NCBI GenBank assembly: GCA_964016885.1
Contig: OZ024760.1
Span: 25,048,001-25,112,000, forward strand
Origin: Eledone cirrhosa
Taxonomy: Eukaryota
DNA: 64,000 bases
Reading direction: 5' to 3'
This document shows, piece by piece, positions 1 to 13,918 of the stretch. Under the pieces are notes generated by a model that saw only the letters and a program-made list of their open reading frames with translations, searched no databases and was not told where the DNA came from. The position numbers and the translations under genes are program-made. Each line of letters opens with the position of its first letter. Within the stretch, counting starts at the first letter, position 1.

Positions 1-589
1 TTTAAATGGAAATGAAGCAAAACGGAAGCTTAGTGTTCGAACTGATGAATTTTGCAGGTCAATAAAAGTTACAATGTTAAGTTTCTTTCTTGGCTTAAAA
101 ACTGTAGTGTCTACTGTGCAGACTTGCATGTGGTGTTTTTGATTAATATTCCCTCAACCAACAATATGCCTTATGAAGTTAAGAAAACATAACGATAACC
201 CGAATGTTATAACAAAAGACGATGCTGGGGATAGAAACTGCACTGGTTATTTATTAACAAAGATCGAAAATGTAAACACTGCAACGCAGAGAAAAACATT
301 AGCGTAACCAAATTATTAGTTACTAGCATTAAAGCCCGGCGTTGCTCGGGGTCATTAAGTTACCAAAGTTAGGTTGCAGCACTTTTTTGTCTGCCAGGCA
401 CTGGGTGAATGAATTGCAGACCTGGAAGCATGAGCTGCGCCAGCAGTGACAATTGTAGTTTCGCCTATGGATATTATCTCTGTGCAAAAAAGTGTTGAAA
501 TTTATTGTTTCACAGTACTTGCGCAACACGCGAGTAGACGATGCCAGCCGAACAACAGAGCTGCGATGGAGTTGTTCTGCATGGTTGTC

Positions 590-1422
590 TGTGTGTTTTC
601 TAAATTTAAGACAGTAGGGAGGGTTGTGATATGAGGGAGAGTTAGCTGTTGTTTCTAGCAGGTTTAGTGACCTCATAGAGGATATGTGTTTTCTAAATTT
701 AAGACAGTAGGGAGTGGTGTGATATGACGGAGAGTTAGCTGCTGTTTCTAGCAGGTTTAGTGACCTCATAGAGGATATGTGTTTTCTAAATTTAAGACAG
801 TAGCGAGTGGTGTGATATGAGGGAGAGTTAGCTGCTGTTTCTAGCAGGTTTAGTGACCTCATAGAGGATATGTGTTTTCTAAATTTAAGACAGTAGGGCG
901 TGGTGTGATATGAGGGAGAGTTAGCTGCTGTTTCTAGCAGGTTTAGTGACCTCATAGAAGATATGTTTTCTAAATTTAAGACAGTAGAGAGGGGTGTGAT
1001 ATGGGGGAGAGTTAGCTGCTGTTTCTAGCAGGTTTAGTGACCTCATAGAGGATATGTTTTCTAAATTTAAGACAGTAGGGAGGGGTGTGATATGAGGGAG
1101 AGTTAGCTGCTGTTTCTAGCAGGTTTAGTGACCTCATAGAAGATATGTTTTCTAAATTTAAGACAGTAGGGAGGGGTATGATATGGGGGAGAGTTAGCTG
1201 CTGTTTCTAGCAGGTTTAGTAACCTCATAGAGGATATGTGTTTTCTAAATTTAAGACAGTAGGGAGTGGTGTGATATGAGGGAGAGTTAGCTGCTGTTTC
1301 TAGCAGGTTTAGTAACCTCATAGAGGATATGTGTTTTCTAAATTTAAGACAGTAGGGAGTGGTGTGATATGAGGGAGAGTTAGCTGCTGTTTCTAGCAGG
1401 TGTAGTGACCTCATAGAGGATA
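590..1422. repeat. ~91-93 bp tandem repeat, about 9 copies
   Basis: The unit GTTTTCTAAATTTAAGACAGTAGGGAG...GTGACCTCATAGAGGATAT repeats head-to-tail. It explains ORFs 329-955 and 1103-1414. Confidence 0.95.
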
Positions 1423-1884
1423 TTATTGTTTATCATCTATATATATAAAACTGACTGCACGCCTAACGAAATTTACAGATACATATATTTTAAATAAACT
1501 TATATAATTTTTGCTTTTTTTTACGAAATATTTGCTTGTTTTACGTAGTCTTTAAATAGACTTGTTTTCAAGTAAAAATTATTGTGTTAATGTCATTTTA
1601 AACGCTGAGAAAGCCAGCGTAATTTTTTTAACTTTTGCACGCAGACGCTCAATGTAAACAGAACAAAGGGAAATAACTGATCACTTACGCTCAAAAATCG
1701 ATACATTATATTCGATTTCGTCAGATAGGGCGGGTCAATTTGAAATATTTTTTTTCCGATGTCTTCGCTAGGGCTCAATGTACAAGTATAGCAATTTCGG
1801 TGCAATTCCGTGAGAGATTCTAAGAGGAGATGTGTGCCAAAAATCGATAGACAGACAGACAACCACAGTTTTATATATATAGAT

Positions 1885-2046
1885 GTCTGTCTGCACGCCT
1901 ATATCACCTCTCTGCACGACTAACTGTCTGCACGCCTATATCACCTCTCTGCACGACTGTCTGCACGCCTATATCACCTCTCTGCACGACTGTCTGTCTG
2001 CACGCGTATATCACCTCTCTGCACGACTGTCTGTCTGCACGCCTAA
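1885..2046. repeat. ~33-37 bp minisatellite, about 4.5 copies
   Basis: CTGTCTGCACGCCTATATCACCTCTCTGCACGA repeated. Confidence 0.9.
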
Positions 2047-2472
2047 CGACGAAATATTTGCTTGTTTTACGTAGTCTTTAAATAGACTTGTTTTCAAGTA
2101 AAAATATTGTTTTAAAATGATTTTAAATGGAAATGAAGCAAAACGGAAGCTTAGTGTTCGAACTGATGAATTTTGCAGGTCAATATTTTGCTGGCTCGAC
2201 AACTGTTAAAGCCAGCGTAATTTTTTACGTAAGACGCTCAATGTAAACAGAACAAAGGGAAATAACTGATAACTTACGCTCAAAAATCGATACATTATAT
2301 TCGATTTCGTCACATAGGGTGGGTCAATTTGAAATTTTTTTTTTCCGATGTCTTCGCTAGGGCTCAATGTACAAGTATAGCAATTTCGGTGCAATTCCGT
2401 GAGAGATTCTAAGAGGAGATGTGTGCCAAACATCGATAGACAGACAGACAACCACAGTTTTATATATATAGA

Positions 2473-2482
2473 TATGTATGTA

Positions 2483-2574
<92 letters not shown>

Positions 2575-2651
2575 CGTGCGTGTGTGTATATATGCATATA
2601 TATATATATGTGTGTGTGTATGTGTGTGTGTATATATATATACATACATAC

Positions 2652-2716
<65 letters not shown>

Positions 2717-2728
2717 AATATATATATA

Positions 2729-2817
<89 letters not shown>

Positions 2818-2851
2818 ACATACACATATATATACATACATATATATATAT

Positions 2852-2907
<56 letters not shown>

Positions 2908-2964
2908 ATGTATATTTATATATATACATACATATATATACATATATATATACATATATATATT

Positions 2965-2996
<32 letters not shown>

Positions 2997-5900
2997 CACA
3001 TATACGCATGCATGTATGTATGTATGTATGTATGTATATACGTATATACATGTATATACACATATGTACGTATGTGTAAAAAAGGGGAAACAAGAAAATG
3101 AGAGATAGACAGAGTACAAGTATTTGTGTGTATACGTATGTGTGTGAATGTGTGTATGCGTGTGTATGCGCGTGTGTGTATGCGTAAGCATCTAAGTATA
3201 CATGTGCGCATGCGTACGTTTGTGCATATGTGTGTGAGAGAGTGTGCGTGTGTGTGCATGAGTGTGTGCGAGTGTATGTGTTTCCTTAGAGAGGAGAAAG
3301 ATCTAATTAAATTGACATCGATCTTTTTTATTCGGCTGCAAAGGTGAGGTGAGGGGTTCGATTTCAGGTGAGAATTAGTATCAATACATTGATTGACAGA
3401 TCTAAATGTATAAAGCTGAGTGTTGATGGTGGTGTGATGTGGTGGTGGTGTCGTGAGGTGGGGTGGGGTGGTGGGGTGATGGTGGTGTGGCCGCGGTGGT
3501 GTAGCGGTGTAGGGCGGGGTGGTGGTTATGTGGTGGGGTTTGGTGGTGTGGTGATGGTGTGGGTATGTGGTGGTGGTGTGGTGGTAGTGTGGTTGTGGTG
3601 GTGTTGTGGTGAGGTGGGTGTGTTGAGGTGGGTGTGTGTGGGATGTGTGGAGTGTGGGGAGTGAGGCACGGGGTGTATGTGGTGGTGTGTGGTTGTGTGG
3701 TGTGGTTTGGTGGTTTGGTGATGGTGGTGTGGTGAAGTGGGGTGTGGTATGGTGAAGGTGGTTTGGTGAGGGGGTATGGTGGTGGTGTTGGTAAAGATGG
3801 TGTGGTGGTGTGGTGGTGTGGTGGTGTAGTGTGGTTGGCGGTGCGGTGTTGGAGTCGGTAAAGATGGTGTGTTTTGGTGCTGTGGTGGAGTGTTGATGTG
3901 ATGGTGTGATGGTGTTGATGGTGGAGTGGTGGTGGTCCTGTTTGTGTGGTGGTGAAGATGTGGTGCGATGGTTTCGTGGTGGTGTTGATAATGGTAGTAG
4001 GTGGTGGTAATGGTTTCGTGGTGAAGTTGTGGTGGTGTCCATCATCCTAGTGACTAGAGTTGGGGGCATGCTGGAATAATAATTGTTTTTAGTTTAGGTA
4101 CAAGGCTAGCAATTATCCCAGTGCATTACTGGTACTTTATTTTATCGACACTGTATGTATGAAAGGCAAAGTTAACCTCGGCTGGATTTGAACTCAGACC
4201 ATACAGGGCCGTAACTCTATGTTGGAAAGCATGGCGTCCGAACCTCTACCGATACTGCCAATCCACTATGCTGGAACAATAATTGTTTCTCCTTTTGGCA
4301 CAAGGCCAGCAACTAACCAGTAAATTACTGGTACTTTATTTTATCGACCCCGTAAGGATGAAAGGCAAAGTTAACCTCGGCGGGATTTGAACTTAGATCG
4401 TAAAGGGACGAAACTATGCTGCAATAATAATTGTTTCTACTTTTGGCACAAGGCCAGTAAATCAACAGTGTATTACTGGTACTTTATTTTATCGACCCCC
4501 GTAAGGATGAAAGGCAAAGTTAACCTCGGCGGGATTTGAGCTCAGATCATAAAGAGCCATAAATCTATGCTGCAAAGCATGGCGTCCGACCCTCTAACTA
4601 TGCTGGAATAATAATGGTAATATTATGATAGTGGTGGAGGTGGTGTGCTGATGGTGGTGGTGTTGGCTTCGGTGGTGGTGGCGGTGGTGGTGGCGGTGAT
4701 GGTGGTGGTGGTGGCTTTCCTATGGTGGTAATGGTGGTTATGTTGATGATGGGTGTGGTGGTGACGAGGGCCGAGGTCTGTTGACGGTGTGGCTTTGGTG
4801 GTGGTGTTGATGGCTGAGGTCTATTAGCGGTTGGTTCGGTGGTGGTGATGGTGGTAATGGTGGTGATGGTGGTGGTGGTGGTGGTGGTGGTGGTTGTGGT
4901 GTTGGTGATGGTGATGGTAGTGATGGTGATGGTGGTGGTGGTGGTGGTGGTGGTGGTGATGGTAGTGGTGGTGATATGTGGTGGTGGTGGTGTTGGTGGC
5001 GGTGATGGCGGTGGTGATGGTGATGGTGATGATGGTGGTTGTGGTGGTGATGGTGATGGTGCTGATGGTGGTGATGGTGATGGTGATGATGGTGGTGGTG
5101 GTGGTGGTGGTGGTGGTGGTTGTGATGGCGGTGATGGTGATGATGGTGTTGTTGGTGGCGATGGTGTTGTTGTTGGTGGTGGTGGTGATGGCGGCGGCGG
5201 CGGTGATGGTGGTGTGGTGATGGTGATGGCGGTGTTGATGGTGGTGGTGGTGGTGCGAGTGGAGGTGGTGGTGGCGGCGGTCGTGATGGTGCTTGTGGAG
5301 GCGGCGATGGTGAGAGTAAATGTCGGCGCTGGTAAACCAATTGTGATTGATTCTTATAGCGTTAGCTGAAGCGATAAGTATAATCTACTCCCTGGAGAGT
5401 GATCAATAGGAACTATACCATTTATACATATACACACACACATATATATATATATATATGTATATGTGTGTGTGTATGTATGTATATATATATGTTTATC
5501 TGTGCGCATATAAATATATATAAATATATATATATATAGATGCATACATTCCTATGTATTCTTTCACACATTCACCCCGAGTTCCATGATGATAGGTGAG
5601 TTTAGTAGACTATGTTACGTATGCATCTATGTATGTATGTATATATGTATTTATGTATTTATATATGTATGTATATATGTATTTATGTATGTATGTATGT
5701 ATGTATGTATATATGTATGTATATATGTATTTGTGTATGTATGTATGTATGTATGTATGTATGTATGTATATATGTATGTATATATGTATTTATGTATTT
5801 ATATATGTATGTATATATGTATTTATGTATGTATGTATGTATGTATGTATATATGTATGTATATATGTATTTATGTATGTATGTATGTATGTATGTATGT

Positions 5901-6200
5901 ATGTATGTATGTATGTATGTATGTATGTATATATGTATTTATGTATTTATATATGTATGTATATATGTATTTATGTATGTATGTATGTATGTATGTATAT
6001 ATGTATGTATATATGTATTTATGTATGTATGTATGTATGTATGTATGTATGTATGTATGTATATATGTATGTATATATGTATTTGTGTATGTATGTATGT
6101 ATGTATGTATGTATGTATGTATGTATATATGTATGTATGTAAGTAAGTATGTATGTATGTACATATGTAGGTGTATACGTAAGTAGGTACGTAAGTAGGT
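2473..6200. repeat. Compound simple repeats: (TA)n, (TG)n, (GGT/GAT)n, (TATG)n, interrupted by SINEs
   Basis: Seen directly. These generate the YI-, H/T- and V-rich spurious ORFs. Confidence 0.9.
4081..4600 (-). mobile_element. Three tandem tRNA-derived SINE copies (dominant window family)
   Basis: Reverse complement of GTGGATTGGCAG(T/A)ATCGG (A box)...GAGTTCAAATCC (B box)...TTTGCCTTTCATCCTTACGGGGTCGATAAAATAAAGTACCAG...CCTTGTGCC-AAAGTAGAAACAATTATT. Copies at ~4081-4266, 4280-4420 and 4430-4600. Confidence 0.9.
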
Positions 6201-6921
6201 ACGTAAGTAGTTAGTTGAATGAGGTGTAGTAGGAGCTATCGACAAATATTAGATATTTTATATTCCGAAAGATAAATAGACAGTTACATAGTAGTTGTTA
6301 AAATGGGAAATTGGCAAAATCAGTGGAGCGTCAGATAGTGTGTTTTGCACTATTGTTTCAAACTCTGTGTGTAGGAGTTCGATCTCTGTGAATAACGAAT
6401 TTGATTTTCACTCATCGAGGGGGTCACTATATGAAATATTGGACATCGTATTTGACATGAAAAAAATGATATTACTGTCTTAATTCCAATGAACGAGGCT
6501 TTCACATGAGGCGTCAAGAAAATATGGGGAAAAACAAGGGAGATAACTGCAACAGCCTGGTTTGATGCAATTCTTTTATAGTAATTTTAAACCAGCAGGT
6601 AGTAAAAGTGGTGTAAAGAATTGTCTGTCAGTCTGGCACTCTGGATTGTACCTGTCATGAAATATTGTAAGTCATGCCGCATTAAGTAACGCTGACATTC
6701 CCCGAGAATTGCGTTAAGGGTACACGTGCTTGTGGAATACACTACACAGCCCCGATGTCACGCATAATATATTTTACACGACTCTCTTAGCTATCATATA
6801 AAGTGAAAGATTGTTTTTATGGTCATTTGCGATGAGACAAACGCATTACAAAATTTCAAATTTTCAAAATGTTTCTTACATCAACCCCATTAAATACATA
6901 TATATGTGTGTTAGTGTGTGT

Positions 6922-6986
<65 letters not shown>

Positions 6987-7025
6987 AATGTGAGTATGTG
7001 TGTGTGTGTTTGTTTGTAGATATAC

Positions 7026-7058
<33 letters not shown>

Positions 7059-7120
7059 CATATATACTATGCATATATGTTTGTGTATATAGATACATAT
7101 ATATATATATATATAGATAG

Positions 7121-7169
<49 letters not shown>

Positions 7170-7256
7170 TGTATGTGCAGGCGCCGGCGTCTGTGTGTAT
7201 ATATATATATATATATATGTATAGATATATATATATATATATATATAGATATATAG

Positions 7257-7447
<191 letters not shown>

Positions 7448-7469
7448 TCTGTGTGCAGGCGCCGGCGTC

Positions 7470-7523
<54 letters not shown>

Positions 7524-7822
7524 CGTACAAACACACAGGTATATATATGTGTATATAAGCATATGTATATATGTACAATACGTGTGTGAGATGAAGTTAT
7601 TAATCACGCAACCAATCGACAACAAATATAGAAACAATGTTTTAGTACACACAGGAGTAATTTAGATTAAATGATGTGACCACGTGATGAATGTCTGTTG
7701 TCATGTGATAAGCGTTTCGCTTCAGTAACTTCGTCTAACTGTTTATTATGGCTTGTAATATTCGATTTTAGCTAACCCATCATATATATAAATATATATT
7801 TCTATGTATGTGTGTGTGTATC

Positions 7823-7883
<61 letters not shown>

Positions 7884-7922
7884 CATATATGTATATATAT
7901 ATGTATATATATTTATATTATA

Positions 7923-7981
<59 letters not shown>

Positions 7982-8020
7982 CATATATGTATATATATAT
8001 GTATATATATTTATATTATA

Positions 8021-8066
<46 letters not shown>

Positions 8067-8176
8067 TTTATTTATATACAGAGGTAGAGATATTTTATAT
8101 ATATATATGTGTGTGCGTGTGTATTATATATATATATATATATTCAAACACATTAACACACAAACACACACACAAG

Positions 8177-8226
<50 letters not shown>

Positions 8227-8613
8227 AACATATGCACACATATATATTTGATTGTATATTAAAACAATGGTTGGTTTGAGGTTTGATATTAGTTTAGTTG
8301 GGTTTATCTATTCGTTATGTTTGCTGTTTATCTCGGTAAGGGTCTAGATTTGGGTTAATAGGAAATTATGACGTTTTGATTTAGTCCGTGCAGATTTTAA
8401 TCGTTCAGCAACTTGTTTATTTTCGAGAAGGAATGCTTGCTGTTAGATTTAGTAGAATATATTATTGTACAAACCACCGAGTGGACAGTATATAATTTCT
8501 CTTCTGTTTGTGGTATTTAGTTGGCGTTTCGTAATTGATGTTTATTCTGTTTCTCTGAAGGTGCGATATTGATTGGGTAACTGAGGAGATGTAACTGCAG
8601 ATATATATATATT

Positions 8614-8644
<31 letters not shown>

Positions 8645-8684
8645 ATGTTATCTGACAGCTGTAGCCTAATGACGTCCGTTGTCA

Positions 8685-9096
8685 CACTACCAGCAGTCTC
8701 TATAGGTTTTCTCTATGATGAGTGTGGTATAAAACTGGTAGGTTTGTTCGAGCGTGTGGACGGTATGTGTATATGTATGTATATATATATATATAAATGT
8801 ATATAGGAAAATGTTCAAAACCCCGACGGCTTCAGCTCTGCCGACGGTGTCAAACATTTTCCCATTACCCACTCTACTACCCTAAGTATTGAGTACTCTG
8901 GTGCGTTATGGTCCATCTGGTTCCTTACCACACTTCCTTGGTTATATATAAATATATATAGGAAAATGTTCAAAACGCCGACGGCTTGAGCTCTGCCAAC
9001 GGGGTCAAACATTTTCCCATTACCCACTCTACTACCCTATGTATTGAGTACTCTGGTGCGTTATGGTCCATCTGGTTCCTTACCACACTTCCTTGG

Positions 9097-9154
<58 letters not shown>

Positions 9155-9350
9155 CGAAGGAAATGTGGTAAGGAACCAGGTGGACCATAACGCACCAAAG
9201 TACTCAATACTTGGGGTAGTAGAGTGGGTAATAAGAACCAGTAAGACCCCGACGGCTGAGCTCAAGCCGTTTCGACGGCTAATTCTGGACGCTGAGTACA
9301 GAATTAGCCGTCGAAACGGCTTGAGCTCAGCCGTCGGGGTCTCACTGGTT

Positions 9351-9354
<4 letters not shown>
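8685..9354. mobile_element. Fold-back non-autonomous cassette family: two minus copies and one plus copy in (TA)n
   Basis: Shared GGTAAGGAACCAGGTGGACCATAACGCACC...GTACTCAATAC...GTAGAGTGGGTAAT followed by a long CCGACGGCTGAGCTCAAGCCGTTTCGAC palindrome. Other copies at 11116-11408, 34122-34270 and 46478-46670. Confidence 0.8.
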
Positions 9355-9412
<58 letters not shown>

Positions 9413-9458
9413 AGCGAGAATCGCATTTCGGCGAATAGGAATTGGCGAAAAGCAACTT

Positions 9459-9512
<54 letters not shown>

Positions 9513-9836
9513 AAAGAGTGAAGTTCTTCTGATGATCTGGTTAATCTAATAACGTATTTAAAATTGAGTGGCACAGCTTCAAGTGTTCAGCAATATTTAG
9601 ACAACTTAATCAGTGAAACAATTGTTAATACTTTTTTGTACTGTTGACCATGTTATTCTTCACACTTTCAATATTATTACTCCAAGATAAACTTACATAG
9701 AAATACAAGAGAACTCATAAACTCGCCAGCTACGTAAACCTCTTGTTGAGGCAAACAACGCCTTACGCTAAAACTATCCACAATACGAAGTATTCACAAT
9801 CTCTAACTGGATTACCTAAAACGATATTTTGTTATC

Positions 9837-10162
<326 letters not shown>

Positions 10163-10279
10163 ATCGCTATTTTAGAGCACCAATACTAATATATATATAT
10201 GTATGTGTGAGATTTCCTTGAGAACTGCTGGACTAACAACCGAGCAGCACCCTCAATCACAGATGTCTCTACCCTCCTC

Positions 10280-10337
<58 letters not shown>

Positions 10338-10350
10338 TTCTTGCGCTCCC

Positions 10351-10430
<80 letters not shown>

Positions 10431-10765
10431 TATTGATGTTGATTTGGTTATCAATATTAATACTATTGGGCAGCATCTGAAGAATTATAAGAGCCCACTT
10501 GTATAAGTATCTGTTGATCTTATATAAGCTTCTACATAATTTGGTATAATTTCACCCAACTTGTAGAAATCTTATAATGAAACGAGTTGTCTGGGAAGTG
10601 ATATATTTGATATATCTCATATGAAATGATACAGCCAATTTTCCACACATTACAATTAGTTAGCATCCCGAACGTTTAATTAGGAATATACTCAGGTATT
10701 TCCTAATGTTTGTTGAGTGAGTTGGAATTTTGCCGGAGTATCGCTATTAGTTTTCTCCGATTATG

Positions 10766-10813
<48 letters not shown>

Positions 10814-10817
<4 letters not shown>

Positions 10818-11016
10818 GGAAAAATTTGAACAGGAACAAAACAGAGAGGCAGTACAATGAATGTTTATTAATTTCACGCTCTGGAGAGTAGGGTGGTGGT
10901 GGGGAACGACGTTTCGGGCATAAGCCCTTCCTCAGGTGAGAAGTGTGTGGGAACAGAGTTCAAAGGGTGTGTAGGGGAGTGGTGGAGAGACATATAGCGA
11001 AAGGAAACGGTGCGAA
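10814..11016 (-). mobile_element. Short Penelope 3'-end/pLTR copy with a minimal hammerhead (10905-10938)
   Basis: Reverse-complement match to 33308-33510. Core CTGAGGA-A-GGGC ttat GCCC-GAAAC-GTC. Confidence 0.8.
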
Positions 11017-11030
11017 TATATATATATATG

Positions 11031-11115
<85 letters not shown>

Positions 11116-11408
11116 ATAACGAAGGAGGTGTGGTAAGGAACTAGATGGACCAAAACGCACCAGAGTACTCAATAATTAGGGTAGTAGAGTGGTTAATAGG
11201 AAAATGTTTAAACCCGATGGCAGAGCTCAAGCCGTTTCGACTAGTCCAGAAATAGCCGTCGAAACGGCTTGAGCTCTGCCGTCGGGGTTAAATATGTTCC
11301 CATATATATCTCTAAATCTATACCTATACTGTCCATACACTCGCCCAAACATACCAGTTATATACCACACTAGTCACAGAGAGAATCTATAGAGATTACT
11401 GGTAGTGT
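11116..11408 (+). mobile_element. Fold-back cassette copy, inverse of 8685-8945
   Basis: Same modules as the 8685-9354 family, with internal hairpin GGCAGAGCTCAAGCCGTTTCGAC/GTCGAAACGGCTTGAGCTCTGCC. Confidence 0.8.
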
Positions 11409-11444
11409 ATATATATATATACACCGGTTGTGTATATATATATA

Positions 11445-11630
11445 TCATCATCATCATCATCATCATCGTTTAACGTCTATCTTTCACGCTAGCATGGGTT
11501 AGACGGTTTTGTTCCATTTGATACGCGAATGATCGGGAAATTGTGTCTCGCTCGTACGGAAGTGTCTCTGGAAGGTTTTCTTCGGCCGGTTGCTCTTCCT
11601 AAATGCAACCACCTTTATAGTGTGGACTGG
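11445..11630 (-). mobile_element. Diverged SINE 3' part with (ATG)n tail
   Basis: (CAT)n-CGTTTAACGTC...GCATGGGTTAGACGG...GGCCGGTTGCTCTTCCTAA resembles, from memory, a common octopus SINE tail. Confidence 0.5.
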
Positions 11631-11898
11631 GAGCTTTTTTACCGTATCTCCTACATGACCACCTTACAGTGTGGACTGAGTGCTTTTTGTTGTGTCACCT
11701 ACCCTGTGGAAGGAAATGGGAGGATGGAGTAGGGTGTGGTGTGTATATTGGGTTAAGAGGTGCCTACTGACTGTGGGTTTGTATGCAGGGAAGGCGGGTC
11801 TTCTTTACAACTACATGCAGCCAATGTGAGAGAGAGAGAATGAGGGGAGCGCAAGAAAGAGAGATATATATATATATAGAGAGAGAGAGAGAGGGAGG

Positions 11899-11967
<69 letters not shown>

Positions 11968-12565
11968 TTGTGTTACTACTAAATACCATGTAAAGCTAAG
12001 TATTGGATACATGGAAAAGGAGAGGATATGTATAGTGAAATGGTCACAGCTCAGCTGTTGGGAAAATAATTTTCATATATATGCGGGGGCGGTCTGGGTC
12101 TAAAAATATGGGTTGCCAGGAGATGAAGGGGACCCACCTACATAGAGAAGACTACCATTTAATTTTTATAATAAATAAGTATCATTTTCAAAAAATACAT
12201 ATGTGCAAACGAAACAATGCTATAACTTTTTTTGGAAAAATATCTTACCTTCTCCCAAAAAATATATTATGTATTTTGCTAAATCCAGAGACTTTCCATT
12301 ATGACCTTTGGTCTTTCACACTCACTCAATGTATATATATATATATATATATATTAGAAAGTGAGGTTTTTTTTACCAAATGAAAAATAACCGAGGTGTC
12401 CTACACGAGTGAAAGCATAAAGAAAAAGAGATGAAATCGAAAATGCAACTGGAGTCTTATTTTTTTTTTTTTTTAAATATATATATTTATTTGGTTCCTT
12501 TACCGGTTTCGCAGTTCTTCTGCTTTTCAAAAGGTGAGTTGAGATGGAGGGTCTGTGGTTTTTCT

Positions 12566-12630
<65 letters not shown>

Positions 12631-12633
12631 GCA

Positions 12634-12674
<41 letters not shown>

Positions 12675-12719
12675 TTTCCATATACTGTACCGATTGTTTT
12701 GTTATTTCTGTTTACCTTT

Positions 12720-12769
<50 letters not shown>

Positions 12770-12831
12770 ATAACTTGAACCGTTAAGGTATATTCTCCTT
12801 GGTTATGTCAACATTTATAAAACACACTTCG

Positions 12832-12893
12832 TATTTTATCTGATGATGGCGTACCAAAATGTTTCGTACCCTTGAAATATATATAATAGAATA
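12832..12893 (+). ncRNA. Type I hammerhead ribozyme motif, family A
   Basis: TATTTTAT-CTGATGA-stem II (GCGTAC..GTAC)-GAAA-TATATA-TA^ATAGAATA. Stem I has 8 bp with one GU pair, and stem III is palindromic. Confidence 0.75.
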
Positions 12894-12923
12894 AATATGG
12901 TTTTATAAATCTCTCTCTCTCTC

Positions 12924-13046
<123 letters not shown>

Positions 13047-13237
13047 GTGCTTGTGTGTGTGTCTCTATATATGTATGGATGCATGCATGATTGAATACAC
13101 TAAGCTTTAGGTTTAGTAGAAAGTGCAGCCTCTGATTCCATCTATTTGTACTATCATATATGTTTGGTTTCTGCCATTGGGCAACCTGGCCAGTCCGCCA
13201 CTGTATATATATATATATATATTCTATTTTTTTTTAG

Positions 13238-13895
13238 GGCGGGTAAAATTCCCGAGATCCATGGACAGGTTCTCTCCAGCGTTCTCTGTCCCTCATTATA
13301 GCTGCCATGTCATGCGTCTCCAACAGACCAGTGTCTGTCCTTAGGGCATCAACATACGTTAACCTCGATCTTCTTCTTCCAGTGTGTCAATGTAGGGGCT
13401 CCCACAGGAGCACTGAGTGCAATGTCAACTCTGGATGTCGGTGAGCATGTCCAGCTAGCCTCAGTCTCCTTTCTGTCACTTTTGAGCTGATTTTTGGGAT
13501 GCTCCCATACAGCTCTGAGATTTTCATCCTCAGTGTATACTCATTAATGTTCAGAGCCATCCTCAGCATTCTCGTGTAGCACCCATCCACCATCTGAGTG
13601 AGTTTCTTAGTCAGTGTCCAAGTCTCAGACCCGTACAGCAGCACAGACTCCACTACAGCAATGAAGAGGCGGATTTTCAGGTCTTTACTAAGGTCCGACT
13701 TCCACACCGATCTCAAGCTGTGGCACGCCGCCCAGGCTTTGCACTTCCTCTCAACCACATCATCTTCCGTATTCCCAATCTTTGCTCCCCAATACAGGAA
13801 GTCCTCAACCAATTCTAATTCTAGCGGCTCCCCGCCTACATTAGTGATCCCCTCTGGCTTCTCAACATTCTCTACCAGATATTTTGTTTTAGTCT
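13238..13895 (-). mobile_element. RTE-clade LINE 3' fragment (RT C-terminal region)
   Basis: ORF 13387-13812 contains [21 protein letters not shown] and LLWEP, typical of RTE. Flanked by (TA)n. Confidence 0.85.
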
Positions 13896-13918
13896 CATAT
13901 ATATATATATATATATAT

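Larger units (their letters stand above)
323..2472 (-). mobile_element. Non-autonomous Helitron-like element(s) with internal tandem repeats
   Basis: The minus strand ends CCCGAGCAACGCCGGG-ctttaatg-CTAG|T at 350-323 (GC hairpin plus CTAG, the Helitron 3' signature). Minus-strand starts A|TCTATATATATAAAACTGTGGTTGTCTGTCTG occur at 1883 and 2472. 1523-1883 is largely duplicated at 2049-2472, and 1-64 repeats 2122-2185. Confidence 0.7.

Noticed and set aside
42-70. CTGATGA at 42 and 2163, and CTGACGA (minus) at ~1719, as hammerheads
   Set aside because: No GAAA follows a stem II.
590-1422. Regular array resembling CRISPR or a repeat protein
   Set aside because: The units are near-identical throughout with no unique spacers, the context is eukaryotic, and 91-bp units break the frame.
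8265-8600. Possible Penelope RT-GIY linker remnant on the minus strand
   Set aside because: Only a vague IISY..PNL resemblance, too decayed to support by eye.
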